Of a DNA stretch of 64,000 nucleotides, positions 42,021-50,742 are shown piece by piece. Each line of letters opens with the position of its first letter. The first letter of the stretch is position 1. This stretch comes from Candidatus Krumholzibacteriia bacterium (lineage in GTDB: Bacteria; Krumholzibacteriota; Krumholzibacteriia; Krumholzibacteriales; Krumholzibacteriaceae), in the NCBI GenBank assembly GCA_963836185.1, contig CAWIIQ010000001.1, positions 448,001 to 512,000 on the forward strand, in the 5' to 3' direction. The notes beneath the pieces are model-generated. The model ran no database searches and was not told the DNA's origin. It saw only the letters and a list, made by a program, of their open reading frames with translations. The translations under genes were made by a program, and so were the position numbers.

Positions 42021-42102
42021 CAACCCCGGACATTTATGCTATCATGCCGCGTGCGATCGTATGTACGCGCGACAGCGCATGGCACCTGAGGCTGGAGTGA
42101 TT

Positions 42103-43227
42103 ATGAAAATAAATATCCTTAAAAGTATCATGATAATCGGGTTGTTTCTCGTCTCCGCTTCGGCCGCATGGGCCGGTCAGGAGGACCCGATAAGGGCCGG
42201 CGTCTATATGGGCGACGGAGCGAGCATGGCCTGCGTGCTAGAGACATTCGAGGCGCTCAGGATCGATCCCGGGATCGTGCCGTCGCTGATAAGCCCCACC
42301 GATATCTACACAGGTGGGCTCGATGAGATCGATGTCCTGCTCTTTCCAGGCGGCAGCGGGAGCAAGCAGAACCTCAGCATGGGGAGCGGCTCGCACGCGA
42401 GGGTCAGGGAGTTTGTTCTGGAGGAGGGAAAGGGCATAGTCGGGCTGTGCGCGGGCGGCTACCTCGTATCGTCCTCGAAGGATTATCCATGCCTGCACCT
42501 GGTCGGGGCGGAGACGATCGACAGGGAGCATGACAAGCGTGGCAGCGCGCTGGTCGAGGTCGAGTTCAACGAGAGGGGCCTTGCGATATTCCCCGAGATG
42601 AAGGATCACAGGTACGGGTACATCCAGTATCACGACGGGCCAGTCTTCGTTCCGCCCGAAGGTGGGTACGATGCCTGCATATCGCTCGCCGTCAACAGGA
42701 GCGACGTTCATCAGACCGGCCCTGAAGGGATGACAACGGGAAAAGCGTTCCTGCTCTGCGAGGAAGCGGGAGCGGGAAGGGTCTTTGCCAGCGCCGGCCA
42801 CCCCGAGTCGACTGTCGGGATGAGGTGGATGGTGCCGCGTATGGTCCGGTGGGTAGCGCGAAGGGAACTCGTCTCCTACCCGGCTAACGTCACGAGGCCG
42901 GGATTCGGGACGTCTGAGATCATGCACAGCGATGAGCTCGAGACGGAACTCTACTGGAAGATCTTCGACGACGATCCCGAGGTCAGGATGGGAGCGGTCA
43001 GGGAGCTGAGGGAGAAACGCTACCGTAACGGGTTCAGGTGGGCGGCCGGCATGATAAGGGACAAGTCGCCCGAAGTCAGGGTGTTCGCTGCCGAAGTACT
43101 GGTCGAAGCCGAATATACCGCCGCTATCAATAATCTCGAGGCCGTCATCGACGAGGAGACGGACAACGCGATGCGGATGCGCATGCAGAAGGCGCTGGCC
43201 GACCTGAAGGCGATGGTCGCGGACTGA
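42103..43227 (+). CDS. Secreted BPL_N / class I glutamine-amidotransferase-like protein with C-terminal HEAT repeats
   Basis: Signal peptide; 'LLFPGGSGS', 'VGLCAGGY', 'GHPE'; HEAT-like 'DKSPEVRVFAAEVL'. Confidence 0.7.
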   Translation: MKINILKSIMIIGLFLVSASAAWAGQEDPIRAGVYMGDGASMACVLETFEALRIDPGIVPSLISPTDIYTGGLDEIDVLLFPGGSGSKQNLSMGSGSHARVREFVLEEGKGIVGLCAGGYLVSSSKDYPCLHLVGAETIDREHDKRGSALVEVEFNERGLAIFPEMKDHRYGYIQYHDGPVFVPPEGGYDACISLAVNRSDVHQTGPEGMTTGKAFLLCEEAGAGRVFASAGHPESTVGMRWMVPRMVRWVARRELVSYPANVTRPGFGTSEIMHSDELETELYWKIFDDDPEVRMGAVRELREKRYRNGFRWAAGMIRDKSPEVRVFAAEVLVEAEYTAAINNLEAVIDEETDNAMRMRMQKALADLKAMVAD

Positions 43228-43254
43228 CGCCGCCTCACCTTTCCATTACCCGGT

Positions 43255-44095
43255 CTGAAAAGATAACTCAGTCACTGGCCGGCAGGGTCGCTGTCTGTAA
43301 CCTCTTGCCGCTGGGTATATCCGAGCTCAAGAGAGCGAAGTTGCTGAAAACAGATCTGGATGAGATGATGTTCACAGGCACTTATCCGGTCCTTTATGAC
43401 AGGTCGATATCGCCCGTTGATTATTTCCCATCCTATGCTCAGACATATATCGAACGGGATGTGCGGGAAATAAAAAACATCGGGGACTTGTCGGTTTTCC
43501 AGCGCTTCGTCCGATTGTGTGCCGGCCGCACAGGTCAATTAATCAACTTTTCGAGCCTAGGCAACGAGCTTGGCATCAATTACAAAACGGTCCAGTCCTG
43601 GGTGTCAATACTTGAAGCGAGTTTCATCGTGTTCCTGCTTGCTCCGCATCATAGAAATTTCAACAAGCGAATAGTAAAGCAATCCAAGCTGTATTTTTAT
43701 GATACTGGACTGCTGTGTTCTCTTCTCGATATCAGCAGCGCGGTTCAGTTGGCGAATCATTACCTCAGAGGATACATCTTTGAATCATTTGTGATCTCAG
43801 AGTATATCAAGATGAGGCTGAATGGCGGCATGAGGCCAAATACGTATTTCTGGCGTGACAACGCCGGACATGAGATCGACCTGTTGCTTGAAGAAGGTCA
43901 GGATCTTTTCGCGGTGGAGATCAAGTCGGGGAGACGATCAACAGTGACTTCTTTCGAGGTCTTAAGTACTTCCAGAAGGCCTCTGGTATCAGTTCAGACA
44001 GTTCCTTTCTCGTACATGGCGGCTCGGCGAACCAGGATCGAAAATACGGCCGGGTTCTGGGTTGGAGGGATATCCGGGATATATTGCCGGAGTAA
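43255..44095 (+). pseudogene. 5'-truncated AAA_14/DUF4143 ATP-binding protein
   Basis: Begins mid-protein ('ITQSLAGRV..LPL'), with no Walker A and no proper start. 'TYIERDVR', 'KLYFYDTGL', 'YFWRD..GHEIDL', 'VEIKSG'. Frameshift near 43932. Confidence 0.75.
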
Positions 44096-44361
44096 GATTG
44101 TCCTCAGCCTGTTGTGGCCATATCATCCTTTGAATATCAACTTGCCTGCGGGCACGTGAGCATTATCTTTAAGTATAGGTCCGCTGCTTCAATCCCCACC
44201 TGTGACGGATGTATGACGATTATCATCAGGATCACAACCCGCCGGGGGACAGACTCAAGACAGACTGCGAAAGCTGCATGAGCAATTATCTCTTTTTCAG
44301 GGGCTGTGCTATCATGGGTATCTGTAATGATCGATGTTTTTTATCGATAAGGAGGGGAATA

Positions 44362-47225
44362 ATGGAGTCACATGCCTCAGCGCGTTTGCGCATTCTGTAT
44401 CTCTGTATGTCTATCATCGCGACAATCATTTCTTGATGGGTATTGCTGTTCCGGCTTCGGCAGATTTCACGCTGACGATCTACGAGCAGACGGGCAGCAT
44501 CAACACCTACACATTCATCGCAGGACGATCATCAGTGTCTTTACGACGATATGGCAGGGTCTGCCCGGGCCCTCATCTCTCGGGATACATCGGGTACGAT
44601 TTCGGAACGGGCGGGTGCGAGTATTACGATATCTTCTTCTGCGACTCGGAGGGAGACGGCTCTGGATATCGGGCCGGGTAGATCCGCTGCCGTTCGACAT
44701 CTTCATTAAGCTCGAGTGCTGGGACATCAGCTGCCCTGACGGGGAACTTGTCAGCGTCTCCGACCTGGATCAGCGCGGGAAATAACATCGATGCCGTCGA
44801 CGCTCGAGATCGATGGAGAGATGTTTTACGGCTCAGTCCGTTGTCGGAGGAAGTCTACGGCCTCTGCGATGAGCCGTTGGAGCTGAAGAACTCGAACTTC
44901 GCTGATCGAGCGCGCTCGGGCCCCCCGACGCTGAGCATAACGAAGATGGGTTGCGGATCGACGGTGATCACGCTCGAGTATGGGTTCAGAACCTGGTATC
45001 GGCCATGTGAAATCGTAATTGACTATCCTCACTCGGGAACGACGTACTACATCGGCAGGCAGCACTACGATAGACGTAGCGCAGAACACGTGTGAGCAGC
45101 TCAGGTTCGACTGGAGCTTTACAAGGGCGATATCGCTTCTGTGTCAGATCGCCGATATCACCGGGAAGGTGGTACGAGTGGTATGAAGTGAGCGACTGCG
45201 GAGGCGGGTCCGGCTGGGATTATCGTATCAAGGCGACGTGCCTGGCGAATCCGGCCTGCTTCGACTTCAGCGACTATTTTATCGATGCTTGACGGCGCCA
45301 GCGGCTGCGAGATCGTGGTCAACTATCCTCACTCGGAGACGACGTTCTATATCGGCGGGCAGCACACGATCGATATAACACCGGACGGCTGTAACGGTGC
45401 GGTGAGCCTGGAGCTGTACAGGGGCATCACGCGTCTCTGCCATATCGCGGATATCGCGGGGACGTCGTACGACTGGTACGGGGTGAGCGACTGCGGAAGC
45501 GGACCGGGAGCGGACTATCGTATCAAGGCGACGTGCCTGTCGGATCCGGGCTGCTTCGACTTCAGCGAGTATTTCACTATGGCCGAAGGCGCTGGAGGCT
45601 GCGAGGTAGTCGTTAATTATCCGGACTCGAGCGCGACGTTCCTTGTCGGCGGGCAATACATGATCGACGTGATGCCGAACACATGTGACGGCCCGGTACG
45701 CCTGGAACTTTATAAGAGTGACCTGCTTCTTTGCCGGATCGCCGATATGAGCGGCAGGTGGTACAACTGGGACGGGGTGAGCGACTGCGGAAGCGGCCCG
45801 GGAGCGGACTATCGTATCAGGGCGACCTGCCTGTCGGATCCGGGCTGCTACGATTTCAGCGATTATTTTACCATTACAGTGCAGGATACCTCCGATACCT
45901 CCATGGAGCACGATCCCCTCGCCGCTATCGGCGATTCCTTCTTCGCCTGGGTCGGGAACGGCATAGGCTGGGTCACCGCGGAGGATGGCTACATCTTCGG
46001 AGATGTCCCCTACTGGTTTGACGCTCTGATCTCGCGAAAATCCTTCGATCCCGCGAACGGGCCCGTGATGATATTCAGGGTGTTCAATTCGATAGGAGCG
46101 TCAAACTTCATGGGCGGCTTCACATCCGTGCTGCCGCCGACCAACGACTTTCATTACAATAACATCGAGATAGGCGTCTATCTCCACTCTACGGGAACCA
46201 TCCGGCCGGCCTGGGATGTCAACAATGCCGGGTACTGGTCGACGACTCTAGCTGCCGGGTTCTATGACATAAAGATCGAGCTCGGTGATTCGGAGGGCAC
46301 GGTCATGCTGGCGATCGACGATGTTGCCGGCTGGTCCTCGCCCCTTTCAGATTTCTCGGCCCCGGTCTGGTCGTCGGTCGAACACAGAACGACAGGAGGG
46401 CCGTATCATATACAGATAAATCCATATAACGAAGGGAGCAGGGTCTACGACGTATGGGCCTCGGGGACCGGATCGGCGCCGCCGCCCCCGCCTCCGCCGG
46501 AAGCGGCTCCGCACATCATATTCGTCGAGGATGTCGGTAATGACGAGGGGCGCCAGGTGAGGATGAAGTGGGAGGCGTCAGCCCTGGACGGGCCCGGTAG
46601 TCCGGAGCCTGTCACAGGTTACGCGCTGTGGCGCAGGATCGATACGCTGCCTGCATGGATCGATGTCGCGGCCGCGGCCGTTCCCGGCCCCGTACCGATG
46701 TATCCTCCCGGCGACTGGGATTATCTCGGCACCGTTCCCGCGTGCTGCGAGGAGACGTACGCGACGATCCTTCCGACACTTGCGGATTCGAGCGCTTCGA
46801 GCGGCGTCTTCTGGTCGGTCTTCTTCGTGAGGGCGCTCACTGAGACGCCGGAGATATATTTCGACTCAGCACCCGACAGCGGATACTCGGTATGTGACAT
46901 CATTCCGCCGGATCCCGGGGAAGATCCGGACCCGCAGCCGGCAGAGCATGACGATTATCTCGGCCGAAATTATCCCAACCCGTTCAATCCTGTCACCGAG
47001 ATCAGGTTCGGGCTGAAAGAGCATGGGCATGTCCTTATCAGGATCTACGACACTGGCGGGAGACTCGTCAGGACACTCGTTAACGGTGAGATGCCTGCCG
47101 GCGACCATGCCGAGGAGTGGAACGGTACGGATGACTTCGGAAGGATGGCGGCAAGCGGCATCTACTTCTGCCGCCTCGAGGCAAGAGAGCTGTCTTGCAG
47201 TATCAAGATGGTGCTCCTGCGATAG
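44362..47225 (+). CDS. Secreted protein with three Cys-rich 98-aa repeats, poly-Pro linker and CTD; 5' part broken by several frameshifts
   Basis: AGGAGG RBS and signal-like MESHASARLRILYLCMSII. Fragments 44334, 44748, 45092 and 45285 are collinear. 'RNYPNPFNP...IKMVLLR' end. Confidence 0.65.
45003..45880 (+). repeat. Three tandem repeats of about 294 bp (98 aa, 6 Cys each)
   Basis: 'CEIVVNYP.S..TF.IGGQ..ID..P..C.G.V.LELY.....C.IAD..G..Y.W.GVSDCGSGPGADYRI.ATCLSDPGC.DFS.YFT'; long identical DNA stretches between units 2 and 3. Confidence 0.85.
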
Positions 47226-47320
47226 AGGCACTCACAGATATTCGCCTGAATGAGCCTCCCCGCAACAGATCACGGTTGCATATCGGCCATTTTCAGCTAT
47301 GCTGTTGTCAGGGGGTTATC

Positions 47321-48976
47321 ATGGAAAAGAGAGACCATCATGTCAGCGTAAGGATCGGATTGTTCATCCTCATAGCGGTCCTGATCATCGCTCTCCCGGT
47401 CTGTGGAACTTCCGCACAGACTGCTTTAAAGAAACAGGAAATAAAGGCTGTCTCATCGAAAGATGTCCGGCACGTAGTGCGGCAGGTCGAAGGATATATA
47501 GTCTGGAGCGATGAACTGTCCAGGGAGGGTGGATACGGATTCCGGACGGAGGACGGCACGGTGGACCGGGCCGGATCGAGAAGGCGGGTCGAATTTCGCG
47601 CGGTCCAGGGAGACAAGGCGGTCTCGCCGGCGGATCTGATCGAAGTCTATGCCGGTGAGCTTGAAGAGGCCGGAGCGGCCGTTCTTTTCCGGGACGATGA
47701 ACGGATAACGGTCAGCCTGGATACCGGCGGGCATGGATCCTGGATCGAAGTCGCCGCGACAGATAACGGTTACACCGTGACCATCATAGAGGATATTCCT
47801 GCTGCCGGTCTCTCCGCGCCTGTGACAGCAACGGGCACATTGAAGGATGTCAGTATAGCCTATCCCGTTCTGCATCCTGGAAGTGATATCACCGTTGCAG
47901 ACAGGCCAGTTGCCCGTCCGCCCATGGTCACATACCATGTCTCTGCCACAGCTGGGCCGGGGGGAGATGGAACGGAAGAGAACCCTCTCTCTTCGATCCA
48001 GGAGGCATTCGAGAGCGCGGAGGCACTCGGTGCGATGAAGGTGAGAGTTGTTCTCGCCTTTGGAGTATATGAGGGAGATCTGATAATAACGCGTTCTACC
48101 GACCTGATAGGCGACGAGAACATCCCGAAGATCCGGGGTACGATCGATGGGGCGGGTCTCGCGTTGACGATCGAGAATATCGAGATACGTGAGGCGCAGG
48201 GTGTGGGGGTCCGTCAGGACGGAGGAACGCTCGAGATGAATAACTGCCGGATCGTCAGTACGCAGCGCAGCGGCGCCGACAGGTCGAGCGGCAGGGGAGT
48301 CTTTCTCTCAGGAGGAGCGGCGGCACTGATCACACGCTGCGTTTTCCGGTCGAACGAAGGGCAGGCACTTCTCCTTACGGGCGAAGGGACCCGGGCGACC
48401 TGCAGCGATCTGCAGGCGACTTACAACCAGGTGCATCCGTCGTCGGCTGAATATGCCGCGGAAAACAACGACGTCAGCGGAACAGGGTGTGTCGAGGCGT
48501 CGGCTGGCGCGAAACTGCAGATGGAGGATTTCGATATCCTCGAAAATGAGTACATCGGCGTGCTCCTTCTCGATGGGTCCAGCGCGCACCTGCGTTACGG
48601 GAGGATCGACGGGACGGAGAGAGCGGATGATCAGGGTGGATTCAACCTTGTAGCTTTTCGCGAGTGCGCGATCGAACTGCAGCATTTCGTCACAAGCAAC
48701 TCGACCGCCGGCCTTCACATGTTCCATTCGACACTGCGGGTGATCGATATCGAACTGATCGGCAATTCGATCGGCATCTCGTTCCAGGAGCCGCCCGAGG
48801 GATATGACCTGGGCGCTTGCCTCTACGCATCCGAGAACAATATCTGGATGCAGGACAACGCGATCAATTTCGACGGGGTGGCCCTGTCCGTCCCCGATGC
48901 GGGTGATATAGCCGGCATCGATGGTGAAGACGGAGAGGAAGCAGGAGCCTGGTGCCCCGAGGTGCCCTGGGAATAG
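47321..48976 (+). CDS. Secreted protein with right-handed beta-helix (DUF1565-like start) and an unrelated N-terminal domain
   Basis: Signal peptide from ATG 47321; 'YHVSATAGPGGDGTEENPLSSIQEA', 'GVYEGDL'; beta-helix-like 'GVFLSGG' and 'GVLLLDG' repeats. Confidence 0.65.
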   Translation: MEKRDHHVSVRIGLFILIAVLIIALPVCGTSAQTALKKQEIKAVSSKDVRHVVRQVEGYIVWSDELSREGGYGFRTEDGTVDRAGSRRRVEFRAVQGDKAVSPADLIEVYAGELEEAGAAVLFRDDERITVSLDTGGHGSWIEVAATDNGYTVTIIEDIPAAGLSAPVTATGTLKDVSIAYPVLHPGSDITVADRPVARPPMVTYHVSATAGPGGDGTEENPLSSIQEAFESAEALGAMKVRVVLAFGVYEGDLIITRSTDLIGDENIPKIRGTIDGAGLALTIENIEIREAQGVGVRQDGGTLEMNNCRIVSTQRSGADRSSGRGVFLSGGAAALITRCVFRSNEGQALLLTGEGTRATCSDLQATYNQVHPSSAEYAAENNDVSGTGCVEASAGAKLQMEDFDILENEYIGVLLLDGSSAHLRYGRIDGTERADDQGGFNLVAFRECAIELQHFVTSNSTAGLHMFHSTLRVIDIELIGNSIGISFQEPPEGYDLGACLYASENNIWMQDNAINFDGVALSVPDAGDIAGIDGEDGEEAGAWCPEVPWE

Positions 48977-48984
48977 GCAGGCGC

Positions 48985-50640
48985 CTAAGGCCGCACGTGA
49001 TTGTTCGTGTACTTCGTGATCAGCTGGTCGCGAAGCTGCGAGTATATCCCGTGCATCTCTTCCATGCGATCCCATGTCAGCTCTGTGAGATATTTCTGAG
49101 CCTTCTTCGGGCTCTTCTCAAAGAGCGCCGCACCCTTCTCGTCTATCGCCGCGATCTCATCGAAATAACGGACCTCGACCGGGTCGCGGACCCCACGTAC
49201 GTCCTCGATCGCCGCCTGCCACTTGAGGTAGAGGAGGTTGTCGACAAAATCTACCGCCCAGCGGTGCGAGTCCTCCGAGTACATCTCCGGATCGTACGTG
49301 TTCCACGCCGGATGGATCTTCTTCACGCCGGCGTAGATGGGAACGTACGAACCGACGTGCTGGTTGTCTACGAAGTACCAGTAGATGCCGCCGACCGGGT
49401 CGGGGAGCCAGCCGCGGAGTTGGGCGACCATCCCGTAACCGCCCTTCGCGACGTTGCGCCGAAAGTCGATGTCGAGCAGGTGCCGCATGTCGGGAGTGGG
49501 GAAGGGTGTCGTCAGCGGGCTCTTCACGAATCCGCCCTCGCCGTCGGGGATGAGCCAGTCGTGGTCGGCCGTCATGTCGTATATCGTCCCCTCGAAGGTC
49601 GAGCGCTGGAATGCCATCACGTCCTGGACCGAGATAAGGGTGTCGGGCACAGCGGAGAAGGGGTAGATCGAGAGGGGCTCGACGTACTGGTGGTACGAGT
49701 CGTTCTTCTCGAACAGGCTCTCGAGTGTCCGGTCGGGCCATTCCTTCAGCGACGGGCAGAAGGTCGAGTAGAAGAGCCAGAAGCGGCTCGTCGCCCATTC
49801 GCGCGGTGTCGGTGTGTAAGCATCCTGCCATATGAACGGTGCGCCGCTGTCGGGGTCGTACCAGCCGTGGTCGATCGCGACCTGCATGTAGTTCTCTGAG
49901 GCCATGAACCACTCGGGCTGCGTCAGGTCGATCTCCCTGATGACCGACCAGTTGGGTATCATCGTGACGTGGTCGTCGGGAACGCGGCGGGCCGCCCAAA
50001 GCGCCCCGGGCTCGCCGCTGCCGGGCTCCCAGCCGGGGCCGATGCTGAAGAGCTCGAGTATCCAGGCCTCGTCGGGGTCGGCGATAGCGATCGTCTCCGA
50101 CGAGGGGCCGCAGGAGGGAAGGAAGCCGTACTCATCGACAAGCGATGTGATCAGCAGGACGGCATCGATGGCCGTCTCGCATCTCTGCAGGGCGAAGATC
50201 ATCGCCTGCTCTACCGTTATTATCTGCCCGCCCGTCTCGCGGTCGACGCCGAGCTCGCTGCGCTGGGCCTGAGTGCTCTCGCCGATCGCGAGTTGCTTCT
50301 CGTTCATGTGCGAGTATCCGGAGTGGAAGTATGCGAAAGTCTTCTCCACCTGCGGGATGTGGCCGATGACCTCCCATTCGCCGTGCGCGATCGCCGGGTC
50401 CTGCAGCCCCCAGTAGACGGGGGCGAGGCTCCCCTTCTTGAACTTCTGCGCCGGGACGTAGAAGAGGCGCGAGTCTTCGCAGGCATCGGTGTGCGATGTG
50501 ATGACCGAGCCGTCGACCGTCGCCTTCTTTCCAGCGACTACTATCGTGCAGGCGCCTGTCGGTACTGACTGGAGGGCGAGCAGTACGATCGCCGTGAACA
50601 GGCAGGTGAGTGATACTCGATTCATGGGAAATTTCATCAT
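48985..50640 (-). CDS. C69-family dipeptidase (secreted)
   Basis: Signal peptide then N-terminal nucleophile 'ACTIVVAGKKATVDGS'; 'MNEKQLAIGEST', 'ALQRC.TA', 'IADPDEAW', 'W.ARRVPDD'. Confidence 0.9.
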   Translation of the reverse strand: MMKFPMNRVSLTCLFTAIVLLALQSVPTGACTIVVAGKKATVDGSVITSHTDACEDSRLFYVPAQKFKKGSLAPVYWGLQDPAIAHGEWEVIGHIPQVEKTFAYFHSGYSHMNEKQLAIGESTQAQRSELGVDRETGGQIITVEQAMIFALQRCETAIDAVLLITSLVDEYGFLPSCGPSSETIAIADPDEAWILELFSIGPGWEPGSGEPGALWAARRVPDDHVTMIPNWSVIREIDLTQPEWFMASENYMQVAIDHGWYDPDSGAPFIWQDAYTPTPREWATSRFWLFYSTFCPSLKEWPDRTLESLFEKNDSYHQYVEPLSIYPFSAVPDTLISVQDVMAFQRSTFEGTIYDMTADHDWLIPDGEGGFVKSPLTTPFPTPDMRHLLDIDFRRNVAKGGYGMVAQLRGWLPDPVGGIYWYFVDNQHVGSYVPIYAGVKKIHPAWNTYDPEMYSEDSHRWAVDFVDNLLYLKWQAAIEDVRGVRDPVEVRYFDEIAAIDEKGAALFEKSPKKAQKYLTELTWDRMEEMHGIYSQLRDQLITKYTNNHVRP

Positions 50641-50742
50641 TTCATCCTTTATCGGGGTGCAGGGTCTGGATATCCGGACCGTCAGACTCTAACCTATCGG
50701 GAGCGTCGAGTTCAAAATATTTCGAGGAAAAGATACGAATGG

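Noticed and set aside
44160-44340. Intergenic stretch checked for tRNA or other ncRNA
   Set aside because: No cloverleaf, T-loop motif or convincing conserved structure was seen.
45003-45880. Near-identical repeats as a possible DGR template/variable pair
   Set aside because: No reverse transcriptase is in the window, differences are not adenine-restricted, and the units are tandem coding domains.
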